Assembly (NCBI RefSeq): GCF_964355755.1
Contig: NC_092676.1
Span: 3,201,888 to 3,265,887 of the forward strand
Length of the DNA stretch: 64,000 nt
From: Antedon mediterranea
Lineage: Eukaryota; Animalia; Echinodermata
Reading direction: 5' to 3'
The position numbers and the translations under genes were made by a program. This document shows positions 41,201 to 53,010 of this stretch, piece after piece; the first letter of the stretch is position 1, and each line of letters starts with the position of its first letter. Under the pieces are notes generated by a model that did no database searches, was not told the origin of the DNA, and saw only the letters and a list, made by a program, of their open reading frames with translations.

Positions 41201-44200
41201 TCATTTTTTCTTGTGTACAACAGAGTCATGTTGCATGTACTGTAGAACCAACAGCTAAATATCTCATCTAAAGAGTGCAACATTATCAAGTGTTCCAAAC
41301 CAAACGGTTGAAACACAAGCAGAGGGGGTGATAATCATTACATATAACAGCAAAGAAACTCTATGGTTTGAAGTGTTGGCATGTTAGATTGGACACCCTG
41401 CAGTGATGTCATCTCAAACTTTATTATGATTGGTTAGTAGAATAAACTGACGGCACTTTATCTGTTTACAATGGTATTCAACAATAGAGGTTCTGATGAC
41501 AAATTAGTAGTGAGAATTAGGATCAAATGCAAGTTAGACATTCATGCTGGACCGTAACATTACACTATGCTAATTAATGCTAATTTATGCAAATTTATAC
41601 AAAATACAAACCACTGTTTCTTATTCCCCACACTTTAAAGACAGTCTCTGATTTGTGGCATTACAAAAGAAGTGAAAATGTTAATTACAATCTAAACTAT
41701 TTTAAGTTGCTAAAAAAACGAAATTACAGTATAAGGTGGATAATAACTGCAGGTTCTATAATTCAAAAGATATCGTACTAAACTTTCTTTTTCAACTATA
41801 CCAACAGACCATGCTTATTGATTTTCCAAAAAAATGTATATATTAATGTAACTACACAATATTGAATAGCGCCCTCTGTATTTTTCTACGTATTCTCTCT
41901 GATTTCTGAACGCTAGATTTACTTTCTGTGTTTCTAAAAATGTTTAATTAAGGTTATCCTTGGCTCACCTTTTTCGGGCCGGTTCATTTCGTCACATAAA
42001 TGAAGATCGATTCTTTGGGTACAGAAATGGTAAGAAGTTTCGTGAAGATCATATTGTTCAAAGTACTGTAACTGGGCAAGCTCTTTAGCATTCTTGATGT
42101 TGTGAGGGCGCTTTGCATCAACCTCTTGCTTTACAACTGACGTGGTCTATCAAGAAAAAGAAAGACGTAACATAAAGATCGACAATAAAGACTTTGACAT
42201 AATTGTCTCTGCTCATGAAAGAACACCTTATAAAATTGCTACGGTGGATCATCATCAAACATACAACAAAATACAGCACCCTCACCAATCAAGGTAATGT
42301 CAGACCAGACTGTATTTAATTTCAACACAGAGTATTTGCAAAACATAAAAGTACTTTTTTAAATTATGCAAATATGTAAATAATTATATTTATTTAAATT
42401 AAGCAAATATGTTTATTATTTATTTAAATTATGCAAATTATATTTATTCAAATTATGCAAATATGTAAATTATATCTATTTAAATTATGCAAATATGTGA
42501 ATTATTAAACCTGTTGTTTCTGGTTTGCCATTGCTTTGCTCTGTTGTGTTGATTTTTGAATGACTGGGTTCAGACTTCTGAAATGCATAATGACCGCTTT
42601 GATCTGTGAATCGGTGAGCACCCATAGAATATCGTCCAACAGCACACTTAATTTGGAAGCCAAAATATCACAGTCACTTAACTTCTTTTTCATCGTTATA
42701 TGAATCTGAAAATTTCAAAAAGAAGTATAACCAAAATGTCAACCATACATTCCTTCATGTTGAAAACACATGGCGCAAACTGTACGATAGTTTATTTGCC
42801 ATCCAAACTTTTAAACGAGATAAACTTTTTCATTTTCTGGCAAAATTAGTTGCAAGGTTATCTTACCTGTCCCTGATTGGTGATAATTCTAATTGGTGTG
42901 TTAGGTCTACCTCCTTCATGATCTAACGCATCAATTGTTAAACGAATTGTCGACCACTCAACCATTTTAAACAGTAACGTTTCCCCACGCGTCTGATCTT
43001 TAATCCGCGTCATTCTTAAATCGGTAGGCTGCCAAGTTGAGGGAGAAACACTTTGAACGACAAACCGGGAAATCTATAAAAAGAAAGAAAGATTGTATCA
43101 ACCTGGTTATTATCAGAATTTAGTTTCAAAAATATAAAAACAATTGTATTAACGGTGTTTAATATTATTACTACTACTATAGATTTTACTTTCAAAACAA
43201 ACTGTCAGATCTATAAAAAGAAAAAGATAATTAACAATGTTAATTAATACTAATTTAGTAAATTTCAGTTTCCATTGTATAGTTTCAAAACAAATAATGA
43301 AAGTAAGTGAAATTTTACAGAGAGTAAAAGAATGCAAGTTCTTGCATACATAAGAATACTGTACTTTGTATCTAGTTGAAGTTAAAACTCTTTTACCTGT
43401 ATATCAGCTTTGAATACTGTACTTTATATCTAATAAAGTTAAAACTCTTTTACCTGTATATCAGCTTTGAATACTGTACTTTATATCTAATAAAGTTAAA
43501 ACTCTTTTACCTGTATATCAGCTTTGAATACTGTGTACTTTATATCTAATAAAGTTGAAACTCTTTTACCTGTATATCAGCTTTGAATGCTGTACTTTAT
43601 ATCTAATAAAGTTTAAACTCTTTTACCTGTATATCACCTTTGAATGCTGTACTTTATATCTAATAAAGTCAAAACTCTTTTACCTGTATATCAGCTTTGA
43701 ATGCTGTACTTTATATCTAATAAAGTCAAAACTCTTTTACTTGTATATCAGCTTTGAATGCTGTACTTTATATCTAATAAAGTCAAAACTCTTTTACCTG
43801 TATATCAGCTTTGAATGCTGTACTTTATATCTAATAAAGTCAAAACTCTTTTACCTGTATATCAGCTTTGAATGCTGTACTTTATATCTAATAAAGTCAA
43901 AACTCTTTTACCTGTATATCAGCTTTGAATGTATTTGATACAAACTGGCCATTGATTGCATTGATTGAAACAAAAACGCCATCTACTGTCTTTTCTACGA
44001 ATCCATATTTACTCGTCGCTCTAGAGTAATAAAGAATTTTTAATTTAAAGCATAATGAAGGTATATTCAACAAATTTTAATTGTACGTGACTGGGAAGGA
44101 CAGGTATTTAAAATCTGATCTTAAACAAATATTTGTGTTCACACCATAAGAGCAAAGAATATTGCAATCATTATCATCGTTTTTCTTAGGGCCGTCCAGA

Positions 44201-47200
44201 AAGTAATTTCTTGCGAGTTTCACACTAATTCATTATCCTTACTCGCTTAACATACATTGAATGTTTGCAAAGACTGGAAAAGATCAAATACTGTAAGCTC
44301 AGTATAGAACTTAAATCATACACATAATTGTATCAAATAAAAATAAACAATAACTTAAATGTTAATCTTAACTTAAGTTCAGACAAGTAGTAGTAATGAT
44401 AATTTTTATTTATTTGTTGTTATTTATTTATTATTTTTTTTAATTCCTATTTTTCTTTTGTAATATGCAATGTTATACAGCACTGTATCTAATTTTCAAA
44501 ATTCAGAATTATGAAAATTTGATAATATTAAAGATGTACTCTCTCCAAATTGAATAAATGAATTCTTTATTATTATTCTTCATTAATATTGATGAGCTTA
44601 CGCAGGTGTCTGCTTTGCATCAGGTGTACTTGGCGTGGACGTCCTTGGTTCCTCACATGTCCGCAACTCTACTTCTACTTGATCTAAATACTGTAACATT
44701 AACAATACAGTAAATCAATTATTAAAGATGTATCGTCCCCCAAAAACATGAAAAATGAAGATTAAAAAAATCAGACTTTAAATAAATAGGCCATTTTGCA
44801 GTTTTAATAAAGTTATTCACATCCGAAAAAAATCTAATTTTTTGTCAAAGTGAATAATTATTATGTGACATTAATAATAATTTGGCATATTAAAAAAAAT
44901 GTGAAAAAAAAATTTAGGGGACAATATATCTTTAAGTAATTTTTATGTGATTTATAGTGTTTTTCATTCTAATTCATTACTGTTGTACTCCGATGAATGG
45001 ATGACTAGTTGAGAGCAGAAATATTGACAAAACCCAGTACCATTTTGATTTTACAATTCGTTCAGGAAAATATATAGAAAGTGACCATGAACGTTCCTGT
45101 AATTAATAGACAGTAGGACCCCTCCTTAGGACACCTCTATACAAGGGACACTCCACGTTCAGGAAAAAATCTAAAGTGACCATGATGTGGAGTGATGGGA
45201 ATGTTCCAGTAGAACCCTTACTTTGAACACCTCTATAAAGAGACACTTTCCTGTAACACGAATGAGGGAAAATATTATGCTTTTAACACTACTGATACTT
45301 ATTGTTGCTACAACACGTACTGTATTAGCCGGACATTCTATTTGGTTGCAAAGGTGCCCCACCCCTTTAATAGGAGTTCTACTATTAGTAACTACTGTAT
45401 AGTTTATTTTCCATGTTTATTATTGTCCATAGTTTATTTTCTATAATTTATTTTATCTAAATCCAATGCCAATTTTTCTTTTATGACTCAGTAATAAATT
45501 AAGTTTGAATAATCTACAATCATCAATACATATATTCATTAAGAATAATGAATAATAATTAAGTGACTGTTAGAATTTCGTCAGATAATCAATACATATT
45601 AAAAAGAAGAGAAGAGAAGTCTTAAAAATCACCAGACTCCTCTCATTTCATAATAATTAAAAGCCGCCTCCCACCTAAATATACAATTTGATAGATTTCT
45701 TAATGTTTTTATTCAATAATAAATTTCAAAATCATAATAGGAATCTCACAAAACCAATATTTTAAGAGATGTTATAGAAATAGTAGAAAATTATGAATGT
45801 TGTTGTTATGTTATGAAGTGAAGTCGATTTAAGTACATTATTATCAATATCTTAGTATGAATCATACAAGCAACACGTGATAAAAATAAAAACTGCTATT
45901 GTATACTGTACAATCACTATACAGCTCAACGAAAGCATACCTTGCTGACGACGATCCGAGTGATGATAAGTTCGAAACATCTTCTGGGGTGCGACAGGGT
46001 GGTATTGAGAGTACCAGCATGTTTAACCAATATTTTGATTACGTTATTAGAGTGTTCAAACAACGCTGTAAAGATGCTAGTTTGGATGGCCTAATGATAC
46101 AATACCTAATTCCTATTGAAGCTACAAATCGTGCTCAAAGATGTAAAGCACCATCAAGGGGCATCTATGACGACTTTGAAAGTGGCTATGCTGACGACTT
46201 TGCTGTAAGCTCCTGGTCACAAGAAGAACTGCAAACCATTGTGAACATCTTGAATAAAGTTTGTCTGGAATTTGGTCTAAGAATTAGTGCCCCCAAAACA
46301 GAAACCATTATATGGAACTGGAAAGAGGAAGTTAAAGAATACCCAAGATGCATCATACAAATTGGCGGCGTACACATTAACAACGTAACACACTTTAGAT
46401 ACCTTGGTGTATGGGCTACCTACAATGATGTTCATATTGGAGATCAAGAAGTAAAATACAGAATCAATTCAGCCAAAGGAGCATTTGCAGAGAATAGGGC
46501 ATTGCTTACCAACAGAACGATCCACCTACAAACAAGAATAATGTTTCTTAATGGTCTACTGTAGTTAGGAGTAGACTCACCTATGGTTGCCATGCTTGGA
46601 GGGCAACAGGAAGTGAAATGTCCAAACTTAGCACAACATACAAAACCTTCCTAAGAAGAATGCTAGTGAATGGCTTTCAAAGAGTCTGCCCACCAAACCA
46701 TGTAGACATATCCTCAGATGAAGAAACAGATGAAAACTATATAGACTGGCGTTACGTAATTGATAATGACGATCTCTACAAAATTACTGGCTGTCAACCG
46801 CTAGAAGAATATGTCTACAAGCAACAATTCAACTGGATCGGACATGTAATTAGAAAAGAAAATGAAGATCCTACAAAAATTCTTACTTTTCACACAACAC
46901 AAAGTAAACGAAGAGGTCGGAAGATACCATCAGTACTTGATAGAGTTGTACAACAAAGTCAACTTACTAGATGCAACTTCATTAGAGCCTGCTTCAACAG
47001 AAATTTATAATTCCCAGCAATGTTTTAACTGTATATATGAACTGTTTTATAAGTTGTTTTGTGACTGTGTAATTTGGTAGTAGTCACTCTCATACTGTAG
47101 GCCTACATTTAAAAGTAACACATCCAAATGCCAACTTCAAGTCAATGGCTACCAGATGTCTCTGTGAGACGGTTATTTGAACCAGTACCAGTAGTACCAG

Positions 47201-50200
47201 CTATAAAATTAATAACATATTTTTATCAGACTTGTTTTGATATTCTTTAAAAAAAGAAAAAAAAGTACTTACTATACATATTGGGTGAGTTTTTAATTTT
47301 GTCCATGGAATCTGTAAATAAAAAAAATATGTAATAATTCAAGGTAATTAAGGGTGTGTGTTGGATGTTGGACTACTGATTGTGAGATCGAGGTTCAAAT
47401 TCAACTCTGCCTTATTGCTTGTATCCTACTGTAATAGGTAAGATACTTTACTTACGTTTGCCTCTTTCCACCCAGGTGTATAAATAGGTACCCGGTTAGA
47501 TCAAGACAAAACTTTGCGCTGATTACTAACTGCATTATGGGAGTATGTTTCCATATATGTGTTTGATAAAAAAATTACTGGGGTAATAATGTTCAGCGCT
47601 TAGAGGTTTCACAACATTAGGCGCTATATAAATCCATGATATTATTATTATTATTAATTAACAGTGTATTAAAATATACTATAATTTTCGTATGTAAAAC
47701 GAATGAAATTAGAAAGGCTATGTGTGTATATTCTACTTTTATTTATGACTTAAAAAAGTAAGTATTGCTTTCTAAATGCTGGTACTTGCGACAGTTCAAT
47801 AAACTTATACTGCATCAAGCCAGATACAGTACTGTAGTTTATTTTAACTGTGCAAGTAATGCACAGCGTAGAATATGCATGCTGTAAAATGTATACCGCT
47901 AAGTTCAGTTTAAATATTCGTTCACTGTAGAGATACAGTAAACTTCACATCAGTCTGAATAGATGTTTAATTACTGAAGGACATAAGACATAGCGAGAGG
48001 TTAAAAACAGACGGGGCAAAGATGCTTTAAATATAATTATTAATATAAAATATGACGATCTGTGCTGGGGAATTGGGGTGGGTGGTGAAAATTTAAGACG
48101 AGGCAAGTACCTCATCTGCCTTATGCTGGCTTTGGCTACCAATTTATTATCAACTGACAATTGATCAGCGTTGCCAAATAGCACAATTAACTCCGTTAAG
48201 GCCAATTTACACAGACGAGCGGTAATGGTAAAGCGAAAAACCGCGTAGCTTGTCCCATGTAGAATCTGTATCTATCCTAAGCGGAAAACCGCCGATCCAC
48301 TCCGCGTTGTGTGTATGGTCATAAGGAATAACATAGATTCTAATATTTTTATTACCGTTTACAATACAGCTTGTCTGTGTAAATTGGCCTTTTCTAAAAG
48401 ATATTTAAAAATACTCTTTAGTCTGTCAGGTGCACAATTGCAAAATAATTGTTCTTGAATGGAAAAAAACTACAGCATCTATACATGGTGAAATTAGCAA
48501 GTGATCGCCTGATGATGTCAGGCCTTGTTTTTAAATTTTGTTTTTAATTATCTTGTTTAAAGTGCCATAGAAATGAAATTATAAACAAATTTAATATTAT
48601 TCAATGCTGCTATTGTCTACTGATATGTTAAAATTCATTCATAGTAAATTAACGAAGATTCATATATTATGCAGTCAAATATAAAACAAAGCAACTGAAA
48701 TTTAAACACCCACTCACTTGGCATTAATGAATTAGCCTGGTGGCGGCATAATAATTACACAGATAAGTTGAGATTAAAATTATTGGTGATGATAATGACT
48801 AAACTATTAACAAGCGGCAAAGAAATGGATTGAAATAATATGCTTCATTGATTTCGTGCCTAGGTTGCTATTGATCCGAGCCTGACGAAACGTGTAAAAC
48901 CTATTCAAGGAAAATCACATATTGCCAGTCCAACCTAGCAAGTGATAACGGTTTTGAACGTTAGGCTGTGAATTTTGATGGAATTACTATAAAGTCAATA
49001 TAGTGTAAAAGAAATGGAATAGGGGGTGGCGGGTTTGGTGGGGGTGTCATGTGACACAGGATGGATAAGAAAAAGTATCTAATTATTATTAATATTAACC
49101 AGTCTTGTTTTAAAGTCGTCTGAATAGGGGTGGATGTATTGTATTGTTAAAACAAATATTACCCCTAATAGGGGTGTACTCTGAATAGGTGTCCTCTGAA
49201 TAGGAGGGCTTCTACAGTGTGGTAAACATCATCATTGTTAAAAATGTGTATACAATATTTTTACTATTTAAAAACATTACTGATGCAAATAAGAAAACAT
49301 TTTCCCCGCACAACACAAGAGGATTTAAACAAATTAAACCAACAACTAAATGACCTCTCTGAAGGATGAGATTACTATTAGAGATGCATCTTAAGAACAT
49401 CAAGTAGTTAAAGGGATGCGGTGGTTTATACAGTGTCAACATGTCAGCATGTTATGATCTTTAAGTTTAAGATAACTCAACAGCAATTTGTAAAATATTC
49501 TAATAATAATAATCCATCAAATAAATTCAAATAACATAAAATAAAATCCAAATGAAAAGAGATAGAACACGATTGAAAACTTGTCCTTTTGATCTACTGA
49601 TAATCATTTTTTAGAATCTCAAATGTTATGATAAATATCTGACCAAAAGACAAAATTTCAGATATAAAACTAAACTGTACAAATTATAATGATACAGTAG
49701 ATGAAATTAAATTTCATAATTCTTTAAAAACAAACCAAACGCACACACGTAATAATTTATAATTCAATAATTGAATTCAAGTATCACCATATAATCTCAA
49801 TAAAGCAGTGCTTCTGTAAAATATACTTCATGATGCATAGAAAGAATTTAATTATTTTTTTACTTTAAATACCTATAAAGTCACTTTCGTCAATGTTCTT
49901 GTTTTTAGAATTAAATTCTACAGCGAAATTGACATTAAACATTACAATTATTATTTGAAATCATAAACTTAATGTAACTTTTATGGCTGTCATGAAGAAT
50001 AGTATTATTAATAATGGCCAGCGAGTATGTGACATTTACAGCTAAGCATACTAAATGATTAATAGAGAATTCCCTTGTTGATTATATAGCCTAAACATTT
50101 TCCCATTAACAATAATGTTAGCTTTTAAAGTCCCTTTCAGTATTAGTACAGTTACTGTTTAACAAAACAAATATTTCTTTTTATGTTCTTTGTCTGTCTC

Positions 50201-52716
50201 TCTTCTCTGATCCATATTAAAAGCATATAGCAACTGGGGATTGTCAATGTTACTTACACTACAGGCATAGTGGTTTAACATGGAAATTAGGATCCAAGCC
50301 TGTAGCCAGGGGCTTGTAAGTAGCGTTTGAGCAAACCCCATTTTTTTGGTGATCCCAAATAGAGGCAATCAAGTGAATAAAATAGCAACTAGCACAGGCA
50401 AATCTAAAAAAAATGTTCAGTACTACAGTTAGTAGGCCTACTGTATAACTGTATGTTAAGTTTGAGGTTGCTGATACCTTTAGATTTACCAATTGTGACC
50501 CTGTCCCCCACCCCCATTCCTGCCATAAACCCCGTTCTCTACCCCCATAGTTGGGGTCAACTGGATCTCTGGGCAAAAACCCTAATTCATTATACTTTCC
50601 GAGTTGATTTTATGTTGCTTTGCTTGTTTGGGCTTAGGATCGGTGATTGTAGTACAATGTATTGGTTTAATAAAATTGAGATTGGTGAATTAAGCGTTTT
50701 AGGTGTGTGGCATGAGAACTTAAGGTTTGTTTGAAAAAGCGCCATATCTCACGCCAGATAAATCAGACTTGTCATGTGTGGTACCTATGTACAGGTTATA
50801 AATACATACAAAAAAATCCTATTGTTTAAATTACAATATTCAAACAACTATACTACATTGTCATGATTAATTGCATCACTGGGTATACATGTAAAATTGT
50901 ACAGGCAGGTCAATAGATAGAAAATTAACCAAATTAGTAACACATAGGGAACTTGTACCCTTAAATTAAAAGTGAACAGTTTTCAGTTCCTCTGTGTACA
51001 AGTGCACTCTGAAAAGCAGTTTGTTAATAAATAACAAATAATGAAAGAAAGAGGTCAGAGCATATCAGATATTAGTACGGATGAGTAGGTACACAAATTA
51101 TGTGTAAACAAAGTTTGTCATAATATTATCAGTGAATAAACGCAATTGAAAACCTGATAATAAGTAAGAAGTTACACCATTTTGTGTAGACTGACTGATT
51201 ATGGGAAAAACCACACTGTTCTGAATTACAGTGTGAATGTGGGTCTAGCATCTAGTGCAGTGGCAGACAAGAGAAGTGAGGTGCATAGATACGAACTGGA
51301 ATTGTGGTTTGGTGGTTATGATGCTTGGCTACCAATACAAGGGTCCTGGGTTCAAGTCCAGTCATGTCAGGATTTTTCTAATGACAAATTACAAATGTAC
51401 TCCCAAAGACTTGTAATAAGACTTTGTTTATGTAGAGCATTTTGTGTATATGTTTGTCTTGTGAACAGGATTGCCACCTTTTCAGAAGGATAGTGAATGA
51501 ATTCGCTTATGGAAATCCTTAGAAATTTGCCTAAATATATAAACAAAACAAATATTATCCTGGTATCAACGCTAGCTTCTCGCTTAATTTCAACCAAATG
51601 CACTATTCTTTCATCTTGATCCGAGTTTAAATTAAATACATACCCATACATAAAAATTTTTTTTTAATTTTAAGGAACAGAAGGATGGGGTTTGGATTAA
51701 GCAATTCTATGAAATACGCTCACAATATACAGTAATAACAAACCGTTTTTGGAAAATTAACAAACAATTTAAAAAATACTGTGAACCTACTTTGACAGAA
51801 ACTTTATTGCAGAAGGCCTTAGTTAGCACCATCCATGAGGGGAGCTCAAGCAAGTCCATAAGGGCTTCTTCATCTAGCTCCAAGTTAGTTAAGTTGCCCT
51901 CGCCTTTCAGGGTGCTTAAGCGTATACGATCCCCTGATAAGTTTTTGGCAAACCTGTTATGAAAAAAAGACATTTGAAAACAACTTCAGGAATTGTACAG
52001 TTTCAAGAAAACGCACCTGTTTACAGTAGTTTTGCTGGGACCTGGATACTGTAAACCAACCGCATCCTCAGATGGGGCGCTGTAACTTGAAAAAACTTTG
52101 AATTTGGCTCGTAAGTAAACATGCAGTCATCACTAAGCTGAAACAAACTCTATTATTATTAATATTATTACAGTATTATGTTAGTCTGTCCACATAAAAG
52201 TTCAATGAAGACAGTTGTACTCCATGGATTTCAGAAAACTTTCTTTTTTTTACGTATCAAGGATGTGGACCAATTTTTAGGCTCTTGTTGCTTGCATGCG
52301 AGGAGGTGCTTTGGGTGGTAGGGCCGGTGGCAAAGGGTTGTTCACAACTTTGTCTCAACAATATTATTATTATTATTTATTATTAAATAAATTACACTTT
52401 TTGATTTTTATTAATTAGGGGTGATAGTCTATGTTGGTTGTCTGAAAATGAATAGGCTAAAGTAGACACACATAGGCCTAGATATGTAGGCAGACTGTAT
52501 ACTGTAGTATGTATCATGGTCTGTCTTGAGTAGCTACATGGCCTAGCCCCTAGACTATGAAATGACTGCTGCAAGCTGTGCACAACAACAAGCCACGGTA
52601 CTGTTACTGTCCTGATTGTCGTCCTCCTCCTGGCTGGGGGCCTGGATTCACGAGTGTGATGAATGAACTTACTTCGATAAATGCTTTATTATCTGTCCCT
52701 TGATTATGGCTGTCAT
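26250..52716 (-). CDS. BLTP3B: Bridge-like lipid transfer protein 3 (UHRF1BP1/UHRF1BP1L-like), ~1599 aa, 20 coding exons
   Basis: Exons 52673-52716, 51791-51953, 47273-47311, 44602-44690, 43912-44020, 42867-43073, 42511-42705, 41969-42146, 37945-38031, 36452-37042, 35719-35825, 34143-34223, 31627-33496, 31346-31474, 29841-29926, 29492-29642, 28858-29009, 27982-28110, 27242-27350 and 26250-26533 join in phase (4800 nt). Chorein-N start MTAIIKGQIIKHLSKFAKNLSGDRIRLSTLKGEGNLTNLELDE..IPWTKLKTHPI; also LDDILWVLTDSQIKA, GGAMQLT..DYYPFH and a C-terminal coiled coil. Likely co-ortholog of BLTP3A and BLTP3B. Confidence 0.95.
26587..26720. mobile_element. MITE family A
   Basis: TAA|AGCTTTGTCTACACTAG ... 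CTAGTGTAGACAGAGCT|TAA. Confidence 0.8.
27737..27896. mobile_element. MITE family A
   Basis: Complete TIRs with internal 21-bp repeats. Confidence 0.85.
29411..29480 (-). mobile_element. tRNA-like SINE head / pseudo-tRNA
   Basis: GTAGCTTGGTGGTAAAGGCG...GGGTCCTGGGTTCAATTCC carries A and B boxes but poor stems. A similar head lies at ~51303-51365 (+). Confidence 0.55.
30090..31320. mobile_element. Degenerate piggyBac-like non-autonomous element
   Basis: TTAA|CCCATTGACC ... GGTGAATCGG|TTAA imperfect TIRs around a more GC-rich core. Confidence 0.5.
34510..35606. mobile_element. 1.1-kb foldback (palindromic) DNA element, TGT...ACA ends, 5-bp TSD TCCCT
   Basis: 34510-~34990 is the reverse complement of ~35130-35606. 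TCCCT occurs at 34505-34509 and 35607-35611. Internal repeats aaatgtgcaaa and aagtcaactcg. Confidence 0.9.
36194..36347. mobile_element. MITE family A
   Basis: Complete TIRs. Confidence 0.85.
37512..37920. mobile_element. P-element-like MITE, ~32-bp TIR, 7-bp TSD
   Basis: ATAAAAA|CAAAGAACTTATAACACAAGAATCTCCTGTTC ... GAACAGGAGATTCTTGTGTTATAAGTTCTTTG|ATAAAAA, with an internal ~84-bp tandem duplication at 37647-37814. Confidence 0.85.
38127..38273. mobile_element. MITE family A (reverse orientation)
   Basis: Ends aagtttgatagtgtaggcagagct with TTA flanks. Confidence 0.75.
39088..39415. mobile_element. Kolobok-like MITE
   Basis: TTAA|AGATACATTGTCTCCC ... GGGGACAATACATCT|TTAA. Confidence 0.8.
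39908..40096. mobile_element. MITE family A (reverse orientation)
   Basis: TIRs plus tggtagtgatatgccc repeats. Confidence 0.8.
42360..42505. repeat. AT-rich minisatellite with repeated AAATTATGCAAAT
   Basis: About 5 imperfect copies of ~30-35 bp. Confidence 0.7.
43353..43931. repeat. 57-bp minisatellite, ~10 copies, overlapping the donor site of BLTP3 exon 5
   Basis: Unit ttttacctgtatatcagctttgaatgctgtactttatatctaataaagtcaaaactc. Confidence 0.95.
44726..44931. mobile_element. Kolobok-like MITE (internally deleted)
   Basis: TTAA|AGATGTATCGTCCCC ... GGGGACAATATATCT|TTAA. Confidence 0.75.
45860..47060 (+). mobile_element. 5'-truncated non-LTR retrotransposon (RTE-like) reverse transcriptase fragment with frameshift
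   Basis: GVRQG, YADD, FRYLG and RINSAKGAF in ORF 45899-46564. It continues in another frame as VRSRLTYGCHAW...NWIGHVIR to 47010. Lies antisense in BLTP3 intron 3. Confidence 0.92.
47351..47657 (+). mobile_element. tRNA-derived SINE, same family as 3856-4161
   Basis: Shares gttagatc..aagacaaaactttgcgctg..gcattatgggagtatgtttccata and the 3' end with an (ATT)n tail. Confidence 0.85.
48199..48390. mobile_element. MITE family C
   Basis: AGGCCAATTTACACAGAC ... GTCTGTGTAAATTGGCCT. Confidence 0.8.
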
Positions 52717-53010
52717 CTTGTGTTGGTACCGGCTTCTTTATCAATTGATTTTTAAGTTTATATACACATTAGAATGTTTATAAATCTGTTTAAAATACAT
52801 CTTTTCAATCAAATCTCTTCTAACAACCACAGAGGAGTGACATTGTTTTGGTTTACTGATTTCTACTAAATTGACGTTTACTTTGAGTCTAAGTTTTTCT
52901 TAAACTAATGAGGGCGGAATTTTCATTGACAACAACTGACTGACTGAGTAGTAAAAATATTGTTTTCATAACAGGAAAGGTTTTTATTTACCCCTAAAAA
53001 TTATATCAAA
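52717..53010. promoter_or_regulatory. Putative bidirectional promoter and 5' UTRs between BLTP3 and the SRSF7-like gene
   Basis: The divergent ATGs are only 294 bp apart, with a GGGCGG box at ~52912. Confidence 0.6.

Noticed and set aside
43555-43938. 127-aa repetitive ORF (KLFYLYISFECCTLYLIKS)n
   Set aside because: The 57-bp unit is a multiple of 3 and happens to lack stops on this strand. It is antisense to BLTP3 and has no ATG start.
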